DNA of 64,000 nucleotides, from NCBI GenBank assembly GCA_963720405.1, contig CAVRFP010000011.1, positions 20,139 through 84,138 on the forward strand, read 5' to 3'. Source of the stretch: an uncultured Chitinophagaceae bacterium (GTDB taxonomy: Bacteria; Bacteroidota; Bacteroidia; Chitinophagales; Chitinophagaceae). A model generated the notes under the pieces. It ran no database searches. It saw nothing but the letters and a program-made list of their open reading frames with translations, and was not told where the DNA came from. Of the stretch, positions 43,236 through 51,557 are shown one piece after another. Both the position numbers and the translations under genes were made by a program. The first letter of the stretch is position 1. Each line of letters starts with the position of its first letter.

Positions 43236-43616
43236 ATGATCAATACATCAAAAGCAGTAGTAGATAAAATGTTTGCCGCCTTCAGCAAGGGTGATGTAGA
43301 AAAATTTTTAGAAACAGTTTCTGCAGATACTGTTTGGATATACCATGGAACCCAGGTAATTCCTAAAGGCAAATTTGAGGGAATGGAAGGCGCCCGCACA
43401 TTTATCAATAACATCCTCACACAAACAGAGATCATCAGCTTCGAACCTCAACAATTTATTTGCGAGGGAAAAATGGTTGTAGTTTTAGGCCAGGAACACC
43501 AAAGGGTAAAAAGATCGGGAAAAGAACTTAAGCAAAAATGGGTTCAAATTTATACCGTGGAAAATGACCTGATCACCAGGATGGAGGAATTTGCTACAAC
43601 AGAAGTGGTGGATTAA
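43236..43616 (+). CDS. SnoaL/NTF2-like protein
   Basis: AAFSKGDV...VVVLG...ITRMEEF NTF2 pattern. Confidence 0.85.
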   Translation: MINTSKAVVDKMFAAFSKGDVEKFLETVSADTVWIYHGTQVIPKGKFEGMEGARTFINNILTQTEIISFEPQQFICEGKMVVVLGQEHQRVKRSGKELKQKWVQIYTVENDLITRMEEFATTEVVD

Positions 43617-43703
43617 ATAACAGACTTAGCCTTTGTTGGTGTTCTTAATTTTTAATCAATATTACAAGCGGACGCTTACGCCAACATAGGGGATACTACT
43701 TTT

Positions 43704-44564
43704 TTATCTTTTTGAATTTGTCTTATCCAATGCTGCCTTTAAAACTGTTGCTAATTTACCCGGGTCTCCTACCGCCCAAAAGTGCATCATGAACAAACGA
43801 GGTTCATCATGCAACATGTGACTGTGTATTGCAGTTGGAGTAATACCATTTTCTGTAAGTGCTTTTATAACAGGATTTACTTCATCTGCCAGCAAAACGA
43901 AGTCGCCCGTTATTGCTGCACGGTTACCATCCATTTGAAAGTTAATTGCGGTTGCCATACCCATTGATGGCGGCATTTCCATTCCACTTTCTGTAAGCTT
44001 TTCATTGCGTGGAAAACTGTATTGTAATAATACTCCGTTTTGTTTTCCTGTTGTTCCAAGTAAAGCTGTTACTTTACTCCAGTCAATATTTTTGGTTTGA
44101 GTTTGAGCCATAGTCGGAGTAAGTGGCGTTGCAGTTACAGCAAGAACAGCCTTTATTTTTTCTGCGAGTTGTACTGCGTCACCACTTCCATGAAAATGAA
44201 TATACTTCACGGCTGGTGCTTCATTAATGAGATGATTATGTATAGCAGTAATGTCAAGATTTTCTTCTACCAACTTTGCAATAACTTTTGGAACTTCAGA
44301 ATCGAGCAGCACAAGGTCGCCCATCATCATTGATTCATTTCCCATTTTTATAATACCAATCCATGAGCCAAGCGCAAGTCCCGGGGCTACAGAAAAATCG
44401 CCAACCTTTACTTTTAAATCAGACCGTGGATAAGAAATCTTGTAAACGTTTCCCTGAACTGTGCCTTTTTTGCCAAACACATTATTGAGTGCTGTGCTAT
44501 CTGTTTGTGCATAGCTGTACATAACAGTTATAGAAGCTAAAACGAAAAGGAATGTTTGCTTCAT
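43704..44564 (-). CDS. DUF1259 (LppY/LpqO-like) secreted protein
   Basis: Tandem domains MGDLVLL...TAIHNH / TGDFVLL...TAIHSH. Confidence 0.9.
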   Translation of the reverse strand: MKQTFLFVLASITVMYSYAQTDSTALNNVFGKKGTVQGNVYKISYPRSDLKVKVGDFSVAPGLALGSWIGIIKMGNESMMMGDLVLLDSEVPKVIAKLVEENLDITAIHNHLINEAPAVKYIHFHGSGDAVQLAEKIKAVLAVTATPLTPTMAQTQTKNIDWSKVTALLGTTGKQNGVLLQYSFPRNEKLTESGMEMPPSMGMATAINFQMDGNRAAITGDFVLLADEVNPVIKALTENGITPTAIHSHMLHDEPRLFMMHFWAVGDPGKLATVLKAALDKTNSKR

Positions 44565-44569
44565 ATCTT

Positions 44570-44730
44570 TTATTTTATCTCGTAAATTAATAAAGAAGCA
44601 TTGCTGTTAAAACGCGAAGGCAAAGCTACGATTAGTTGATTGAGTTCGGGGACGAAAAGTGAAGTTCTTGCTCCTGAATGTGTTGAAACTTTGCCGTTTG
44701 GTACGTAAGTGTTTGCATCTGTTTTGGTCC
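44570..44730 (-). pseudogene. 3' remnant of a YncE/YVTN beta-propeller gene
   Basis: Manual translation GKVSTHSGARTSLFVPELNQLIVALPSRFNSNASLLIYEIK*, stop 5 nt before the DUF1259 start. Confidence 0.6.
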
Positions 44731-44889
44731 ATCGGTATTCAGGCGGATTTTAAAACGTATTTTTTAGGAAAAATTGCACTCGGATTTTTCATGGAACAGC
44801 AATAATCTATTATAAAATTCGTTTATAACAAATGTCCGGAAAAATAATCCGTTTCCCACTTACATTACTACTAACCTCAAACTAACAAA

Positions 44890-45510
44890 ATGCTTAAAAA
44901 TTTGAATTTCCTTCTAATTGGTGTGTTAATGATTTCAGCGTTTTCATGCGTTACAGTTAAATCCTATGAAAAAGGTTTTGCCGGGGAAAAATTATTGGGA
45001 CGGGAACAAAACAGTGATGTTTTTGTTATTAAAAAGAATGGAGAAAAAATTATCGGGAACAAAATGACTTTTTCACCTTCGTCCGTCTGGAAGGTTGTTC
45101 AAAAGGAAAACTGGATTGCTGTTGATGACCAAAGAATAAATAGGGAAGAGATTGCTGCTTATCAATCCTCGACTGAATACAATGAGTATTATCAAAATAA
45201 GCGTCTTCCGGAATATACGGTCTCAAGGGTAAGGCACGGCAAGATAAGTTTATATTACGCAGCCTGGACTGATAAATCAGGTAGTGGTACAAATCAAACC
45301 GGCGGTAGTTATAATCTATATTATTTCAAAAAGGAAAACGGAAAAATAGAAGAACTTTCGTTCGATAGTTTTTATAAAGCAATACACGATAATAACAAAG
45401 CTGTCCAAAAATTGAATGCTTCATTTCCGAAGGCACATTTGCCCTATCATAAAGATGATATTAAAATTTTGCAGAAATTAATATCCGTTGTCGAAATATA
45501 TAATTCTTGA
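44890..45510 (+). CDS. Hypothetical lipoprotein
   Basis: Lipobox AFS-C; 206 aa. Confidence 0.7.
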   Translation: MLKNLNFLLIGVLMISAFSCVTVKSYEKGFAGEKLLGREQNSDVFVIKKNGEKIIGNKMTFSPSSVWKVVQKENWIAVDDQRINREEIAAYQSSTEYNEYYQNKRLPEYTVSRVRHGKISLYYAAWTDKSGSGTNQTGGSYNLYYFKKENGKIEELSFDSFYKAIHDNNKAVQKLNASFPKAHLPYHKDDIKILQKLISVVEIYNS

Positions 45511-45527
45511 AAAAAACTACCAGTATT

Positions 45528-46292
45528 ATGAAAACAGTTTCTTTGATGATGGTAGCAACAATTTTCGTTTTGTTAAGTTGTAACAAAGAAAAAATATCGG
45601 AAGAAATTACCTGTGAAAACATACAGAATATTACTCTATTGTCTAATAGTCCTGTAAAGATTGGAGAAATGATCCGTTTTGGCACCCAGGAAGTAGGTGG
45701 ATACCGTGTGTATGATTGGCATGGGCCAAACAACTATTGGGGACAGACGCCTATAGATTCCATTATTGCTGACAAGAAAAACCAGGGATGGTATTATTTA
45801 CGGCTAACTACCCCTGATGGGAAATGCCAAAAAATTGACAGCATGTATATTGAAGTAAAATTAGAGCAAGGCGAACCTCCTTGTAATGTAAGTACTAACA
45901 GCACAATTTATAATAATTTACCGGCAGATAATTTTACAATTGTTACCAAAGGAATTGAACGTTCTTTTTCTCAAAAAGCTTTATCTGGTTCAGGAGGGAT
46001 TTTTTCAGAGATAACTGTTTATTTCCACACACATTGGCGTTCCCTTGAGCCTGAGGATGGTATTTATACGACTATTAATTCACCTCTATTTGACCAGGCA
46101 GATAACAGCTACAATAAAGTGAATATTGCACTTACCAAAAGCAGTATTTATTGGACCAGTTACGAAGGACAGAGCATTTATGTGAGTCATGTTGGCTCAA
46201 AATTACAGGTACAATTTTGTAATTTAGAGATGGGCGGAAATAATGGAACAAGTTATAGAACAATGGCATCTGGTAATATAGTTGAAAAGTAA
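45528..46292 (+). CDS. Hypothetical lipoprotein with Ig-like domain
   Basis: Lipobox LLS-C; YDWHGPNN...GWYYL Ig-like motif; ATG at 45528. Confidence 0.72.
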   Translation: MKTVSLMMVATIFVLLSCNKEKISEEITCENIQNITLLSNSPVKIGEMIRFGTQEVGGYRVYDWHGPNNYWGQTPIDSIIADKKNQGWYYLRLTTPDGKCQKIDSMYIEVKLEQGEPPCNVSTNSTIYNNLPADNFTIVTKGIERSFSQKALSGSGGIFSEITVYFHTHWRSLEPEDGIYTTINSPLFDQADNSYNKVNIALTKSSIYWTSYEGQSIYVSHVGSKLQVQFCNLEMGGNNGTSYRTMASGNIVEK

Positions 46293-46512
46293 GATTGATT
46301 TTTGTGAAAATAAAATCGAAATGCCTGGCTGTTCGTGTTTTAAAAAAACTCAGCCTTTATTGGTGTTCTTCCATTGTTGGTCGTCGAAAAAGGGAAAGGC
46401 CTTTGTTGGACAAAATTCCACGTACCACTAATGCGATTAAAATGAATGTAAGTTTGTGACTATTGCAAGCAATATTTAGTGTTTTGCCCTTCATGAAATC
46501 TGAAAGATTTCT

Positions 46513-47006
46513 CTTTGTGCCTTCGTGTCTTTGTAGCCCAACCCTTTGCGAAGCAAATAAAAATACCTTCCATTCCAATCAGGATAATAAGTAAATCAGT
46601 CAATCTGAGGTTCCGACTTTGTGCCTTCGAGTCTTCGTGCCCCAACCCTTTGCGAAGCAAATATTCCTTCCAATCAGAATAATAAGTAAATCAGTCAATC
46701 TGAGGTTCAGACTTTGTGACCTTGTGTCTTTGTGCCCCAACCCTTTGCGAAGCAAATAAAAATACCTTTCATTCCAATCAGGATCATAAGTAAATCAGTC
46801 AATCTGAGGTTCCGACTTTGTGCCTTCGTGTCTTTGTGGCCCGCCCCTTTGCGAAGCAAATAGTCCTTCCAATCAGGATCATAAGTAAATCAGTCAATCA
46901 GAGGTTCCGACTTTGTGCCTTCGCGTCTTTGTGGCCCGCCCCTTTGCGAGGCAAATAAAAATACCTTTCATTCCAATCAGGTTCATAAGTCAATCAGTTA
47001 ATCTGA
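46513..47006 (+). repeat. Tandem array of five units alternating long (104 bp) and short (95 bp)
   Basis: Unit starts 46513, 46617, 46712, 46816 and 46911 (last truncated); no unique spacers. Confidence 0.95.
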
Positions 47007-47023
47007 CAAGGGCAAGTAAGCCA

Positions 47024-47151
47024 ATTGTCTCAAAAAATTTAGACTATTGCGAAAGAAGCTAAAAAGTAGCTTTCTGTACTTTAACTTCATGAGGATCCAA
47101 CTTGAAGGGTATAGTGATCGTAGGACGTCCCGTAGTAAACTTTGATACAGT
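47024..47151 (+). mobile_element. Putative MITE / internally deleted IS
   Basis: Ends ATTGTCTCAAAA / CTTTGATACAGT form a 9/12 inverted match; contains a reverse copy of motif A followed by ATG. Confidence 0.4.
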
Positions 47152-47170
47152 TTTTTAATTTTTATAATTA

Positions 47171-47185
47171 TGGCATCATTTTTAT
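47171..47185 (+). promoter_or_regulatory. Sigma54-like -24/-12 element TGGCATCATTTTTAT
   Basis: TGGCA -24 core 39 bp before the DUF3606 start; near-twin upstream of cphA. The -12 box is non-canonical. Confidence 0.5.
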
Positions 47186-47209
47186 AACGAATTTCTAAAA
47201 CAAATTACT

Positions 47210-47389
47210 ATGCAAACAAAACAATCAGGCAAAGGCCGCAGCCAGGACCGGTCCAAAGTAGCAGGCGGACAGGATTACGAAGTGAACTACGAAAAGAATA
47301 AATTAAATGTATCCGGAAAAGAAGTAAAAGACGCAGTGAAAGAAGTAGGCAATTCCCGCAGGAAAGTTGAAAAGGAGCTTAAGAAGTGA
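47210..47389 (+). CDS. DUF3606-family small protein (59 aa)
   Basis: Manual translation MQTKQSGKGRSQDRSKVAGGQDYEVNYEKNKLNVSGKEVKDAVKEVGNSRRKVEKELKK; absent from the ORF track. Confidence 0.85.
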   Translation: MQTKQSGKGRSQDRSKVAGGQDYEVNYEKNKLNVSGKEVKDAVKEVGNSRRKVEKELKK

Positions 47390-47557
47390 CGAAAGGTTTC
47401 ATTCGATTTGCCGGTGATTTTTTTTGGAACTAACCGAATACATTTTCTGTCGCAAGAAAAAGGATTCACGTTAGTCCCGGCTAATGCCCTGAATATGAAA
47501 ACTGTAGTTAACGAATTTCCTGGTAATAAATAACATTAAAAGTTAAATGAAACGAAT

Positions 47558-48715
47558 ATGTTAGCGATGAACTATCGCGGCCCTTACCGCATCAGGCCCG
47601 ATTACCATAAACCCGAACCTGAAATATTACATCCACAAGACGCAATTGTGCGCGTTACACGTTCTGGTATTTGCGGCTCCGATTTGCATATCTATCATGG
47701 GCTGGTTCCTGATACCCGTGTCGGCTCAACGTTCGGGCATGAGTTTACAGGAATTGTTGTGGATGTCGGGCCTGATGTCCAAAAATTAAAACCAGGCGAC
47801 CAGGTATTAGTGCCGTTCAATATAGCCTGCGGAACCTGCCCGTTTTGCAAACAGGAATTATATGGCAATTGCCATGAATCAAATTCCGAAGCAACAGCGG
47901 TGGGAGGCATATTTGGTTATTCACACACCGCCGGTGGTTATGACGGCGGCCAGGCCGAATATGTGAGGGTTCCGTATGCAGATGTTGGCCCTACCATCAT
48001 TCCGCCGGATATAGACATTGAAGATGCTGTCTTATTAACAGACGTTGTACCTACAGGTTACCAGGCGGCAGAAATGGGTGGCATAAAAAAAGGCGACACG
48101 GTCGTTATTTTTGGTGCAGGCCCGATTGGAATTATGGCAGCAAAATGTTCGTGGCTTTTTGGTGCAGGAAGAGTAATCGTTATTGATCACATAGAATACA
48201 GGCTCGACTTTGTGAGAAAGTATGCACAATGTGAAGCTTATAATTTCAGATCGATAAATGATCCTGTTCTGTTCCTGAAGAAAGCCACTGATAATTTTGG
48301 AGCTGACGTATGCATTGATGCCGTTGGATGTGAAGCAGCCGGCAGTGCCCTGCAAACAATTACAGGCAGGAAATTAATGATGCAGGCTGGCTCTGCTACC
48401 GCACTTAATTGGGCTATTAACTCAGTAAAAAAAGGTGGGATCGTATCCATTGTTGGTGTGTACGGGCCCACAGGAAATATTATCCCGATTGGCAATGTTG
48501 TAAACAAGGGACTTACGATCAGGGCCAACCAGGCTTCCGTAAAAAGACTGTTGCCAAGATTAATAGAACATGTGCGGGCAGGGCGATTGAACCCCAAAGA
48601 AATAATTACGCATCGCTTTCCATTGGAAGAAATATCAGATGCCTACCGTACTTTTTCAGCAAAACTGGATCACTGTATAAAACCTATTCTAATACCGCCC
48701 GCTGAAAGAGCTTAA
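47558..48715 (+). CDS. Zn-dependent alcohol dehydrogenase (formaldehyde-dehydrogenase-like)
   Basis: ICGSDLH, GHE, CGTCPFC...C and GAGPIG motifs. Confidence 0.93.
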   Translation: MLAMNYRGPYRIRPDYHKPEPEILHPQDAIVRVTRSGICGSDLHIYHGLVPDTRVGSTFGHEFTGIVVDVGPDVQKLKPGDQVLVPFNIACGTCPFCKQELYGNCHESNSEATAVGGIFGYSHTAGGYDGGQAEYVRVPYADVGPTIIPPDIDIEDAVLLTDVVPTGYQAAEMGGIKKGDTVVIFGAGPIGIMAAKCSWLFGAGRVIVIDHIEYRLDFVRKYAQCEAYNFRSINDPVLFLKKATDNFGADVCIDAVGCEAAGSALQTITGRKLMMQAGSATALNWAINSVKKGGIVSIVGVYGPTGNIIPIGNVVNKGLTIRANQASVKRLLPRLIEHVRAGRLNPKEIITHRFPLEEISDAYRTFSAKLDHCIKPILIPPAERA

Positions 48716-48726
48716 AAAATAATATC

Positions 48727-49236
48727 ATGGAAAATTTAGAAGAAAAATATGCTCACATAAAAGGGTGGGGCATTGATGCCGACCCGGATAATGAACCCAC
48801 TTATCCAATGAAAAAGTGGACAGGTGATGATCACAAAAGATCAAATTATGTACGCCCACCATTGCAAAAGCAAACGGTTGAAGTGCTGCATTCCAATGAG
48901 CGGCCAACTTTATCTGCTGTGTTCGGAACGTCGATGCCGCCTTCTGGTTTAAGTGGCGTGATGCGAAGGTTTGCCTTTAAATACAGCGAAGGCAAATGGG
49001 CGCATTGGCTATCATTAATATTTGCAGACAGGGTTAATGTAATGGAAGGCTATGTCGATGATTTGTCAACGGGGCATGTCCCTAACGTTTTTTCTGAACA
49101 GGGCTGGAAAGCAATGTGGAAACACGATCCGAAGCTGGTGGCGAAAAAAGTTGCCACCGGCATTATTATTACATCCGTTGTAATAATGTGGCTTTATGGA
49201 AAAAACAAAAAATCTGCACGCTTTAAGAAATCATAA
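48727..49236 (+). CDS. Conserved hypothetical protein with C-terminal TM
   Basis: GWGIDADP and VFGTSMPPSGLSG...YSEG motifs; operonic spacing. Confidence 0.8.
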   Translation: MENLEEKYAHIKGWGIDADPDNEPTYPMKKWTGDDHKRSNYVRPPLQKQTVEVLHSNERPTLSAVFGTSMPPSGLSGVMRRFAFKYSEGKWAHWLSLIFADRVNVMEGYVDDLSTGHVPNVFSEQGWKAMWKHDPKLVAKKVATGIIITSVVIMWLYGKNKKSARFKKS

Positions 49237-49246
49237 ATCAGCAGTA

Positions 49247-50278
49247 ATGTTAGTAAACCAAAAAAGCGTTGAAGACCTGATAATTCTTTTGCAATCGCGC
49301 CCGCATTTAAACGAAGCACTTAATACAGCATTACAAAAAGCTAAATTGCCCCGTATTGGAACATTACCTGAGTTTTACGATTTTCTTAATAACACACTAA
49401 CGCATATTCCTGATGAAAAAGAGTTAATGCCTTCAGTACGGGAATTTTATTTTATTCTCGGAAATGATCCTGATGGGGTACTTAAGAAAGATGCTGATTT
49501 TAATAAATGGATACAGGAGTTTGTACTTACGCGCGGCAGTTTCATGGATACCACAGAGTCGGCCGGAAGTATTGATACTTTTATAAAAAATCCAGAGTAT
49601 CATATAGAGGATTACCAGGAGGGGCCAAGTGGATGGTTAACCTATAACCAGTTTTTAGGACGGCAGGTAAAGGCGGGCAAAAGGCCTGTGGCAGGCTTGT
49701 GTGATGACAACATCATTGTGTCACCGGCGGATAGTGAGTTTTGCGGGCAATGGGCTATCAGCGAAAATTCCTCAATAACCGCGAAGGGGGTTACCTATTC
49801 AATAGCAGATTTACTTCAAGGCAGCGCTTACGCCCACAGGTTTAAATCGGGAATATTTACACATAGTTTTTTAAGCATTGCCGATTATCATCGCTATCAT
49901 ACACCTGTCGGGGGTATCATTCGTGAAGTAAAAAAAATTGCTGCCACCACCTGGATAAACGAAGCAAAAAAAGCTGATGGCACGGTTGAAAATATCGATG
50001 ATGTGGGCTTTCAGTTTATGCATACAAGGGGATACATTATAATTGAATCTCCCATAGGTTTTGTGGCGGTAATGCCCATTGGAATGGGACACATCTCATC
50101 CGTTAACTTTTCGGTAGAAGAAGGAGCTACATTGGTAAAAGGAGAAGAGTTTGGATTTTTTGCTTTTGGCGGTTCGGATATTGTCATGCTTTTTGAGCAA
50201 GGAAAAATAGAATTTACTGCAAAAGAAAAAACACATTATAAGCAAGGCGAGCGCATAGCCACGGCATTGAAGACTTAG
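49247..50278 (+). CDS. Phosphatidylserine decarboxylase family protein
   Basis: VSPADS, DYHRYHTPV and GFFAFGGSD self-cleavage motif; start taken at ATG 49247. Confidence 0.88.
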   Translation: MLVNQKSVEDLIILLQSRPHLNEALNTALQKAKLPRIGTLPEFYDFLNNTLTHIPDEKELMPSVREFYFILGNDPDGVLKKDADFNKWIQEFVLTRGSFMDTTESAGSIDTFIKNPEYHIEDYQEGPSGWLTYNQFLGRQVKAGKRPVAGLCDDNIIVSPADSEFCGQWAISENSSITAKGVTYSIADLLQGSAYAHRFKSGIFTHSFLSIADYHRYHTPVGGIIREVKKIAATTWINEAKKADGTVENIDDVGFQFMHTRGYIIIESPIGFVAVMPIGMGHISSVNFSVEEGATLVKGEEFGFFAFGGSDIVMLFEQGKIEFTAKEKTHYKQGERIATALKT

Positions 50279-50331
50279 GCATGAAGTGTTGTTACGAAAT
50301 ATCATGCGTTTACTTAGGCGCTTTCAAATTG

Positions 50332-50616
50332 TTATACGAAGGTACCATCCGGGTCCTGTAGCATTCTACTCTTTTTGATCCACTCAAAACCGTTATAAGA
50401 TCTCCACTGTTTAATAAAATCCTCAAAAGCCTTCCCCGGTGTTTCGCCCAAACCCATTATCCCCATTTGTATGCTTTCGCCGTAAAGAATACTCCATGTT
50501 TCCCCGGATTGACTTGTGACAGTGATCTCTTCCACTTCATCAGGATTATATCCCGGTTCTGATTCAATAAAGCGGAGAACATCTTCCTTAAGGGCTTCTT
50601 TTATTTCTATACACAT
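50332..50616 (-). CDS. Hypothetical protein
   Basis: 94 aa; GIMGLGETPGKAFEDF pattern; downstream of cphB. Confidence 0.6.
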   Translation of the reverse strand: MCIEIKEALKEDVLRFIESEPGYNPDEVEEITVTSQSGETWSILYGESIQMGIMGLGETPGKAFEDFIKQWRSYNGFEWIKKSRMLQDPDGTFV

Positions 50617-50664
50617 ACAAAAAAGTTTTAAAATTTAATTTAATCAGCTAATACCCGGTATAGT

Positions 50665-51543
50665 CTATGCGGGTATTTTTGTGTCTCGTTTTTTTCCGTT
50701 TATATTTTTATAAATAATTTTACGTTCAGCAATGGAAAATTTGCTGCCTTTTGCGAGCAAATGCACTTTCAAATTTTCAACGTAAATAGGATCGCCATCT
50801 GTTATTTCAGTGATATTGGTTTGCTCGATTTCGGATCCATCAATTATTACTACCATCCCGGAGCCCCTGCATTCTGCATTATTTCCATGTTTGATAATTA
50901 CGGCAGTATCCTCGCCGAGGCCTATGCCCAGTGCTTCCGGGTTCATGGTGATGGCATGTGCCAACCGTCCAAATCTTCCGCGTTTAATAAAATGGGTATC
51001 GATTATGCAAGTATCAAATATGCCCATACCTGCAGCCATTTTGAGATCATCTTTTAATATGGCTTCATGAACGCCGCCTTCATATATCATGAGCTTGGTC
51101 ATAGCCATGGCCCCAGCACTTGTACCGGCAACAACAAAATCCTTATCATGGATGTATTTTTCCCTTATCAGATTAACCGTTTCTGTGCCGCCTAATAACG
51201 CTGAAAGCTTAAACTGGTCTCCGCCGCTAAAAAAAACAGCATGTGCATTTTCCACCCGTTTACTAACATCAGCATCCCTGGCGCTGTGTTTATCTTGTAT
51301 TTCAATAAAACCTACGTTGGTAAAATCTATTTTTTTAAATGCATTGAGGTACGTTTTTTTCATTTCTGCGGGTATGCTTGAGGCAGTAGTGATAATCTCT
51401 ATTTTTTGTTTTCCATTTTTTGGCAGTAGTTCCTTAAGGATTTCAAATTTTTCGTAGACGTTATTATCCTGCTCCATTTCACTTTCATCTTCAGATCTCT
51501 CTTCGGCCCCGCCAATGAGAAGTATAGTTCCTTTCGGTATCAT
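50665..51543 (-). CDS. cphB: Cyanophycinase
   Basis: IGGAE, FSGGDQ, GTSAGA (catalytic Ser), DTHF (His) and GLGEDT (Glu); adjacent to cphA. Confidence 0.95.
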   Translation of the reverse strand: MIPKGTILLIGGAEERSEDESEMEQDNNVYEKFEILKELLPKNGKQKIEIITTASSIPAEMKKTYLNAFKKIDFTNVGFIEIQDKHSARDADVSKRVENAHAVFFSGGDQFKLSALLGGTETVNLIREKYIHDKDFVVAGTSAGAMAMTKLMIYEGGVHEAILKDDLKMAAGMGIFDTCIIDTHFIKRGRFGRLAHAITMNPEALGIGLGEDTAVIIKHGNNAECRGSGMVVIIDGSEIEQTNITEITDGDPIYVENLKVHLLAKGSKFSIAERKIIYKNINGKKRDTKIPA

Positions 51544-51557
51544 AATTTATTTAGTTT

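Noticed and set aside
44595-44612. attC-like cassette start before DUF1259 (TTAACAGCAATGCT)
   Set aside because: Better explained as coding sequence of the YncE-like remnant.
46513-47006. CRISPR array
   Set aside because: Units repeat over their whole length with no unique spacers, and no cas genes are present.
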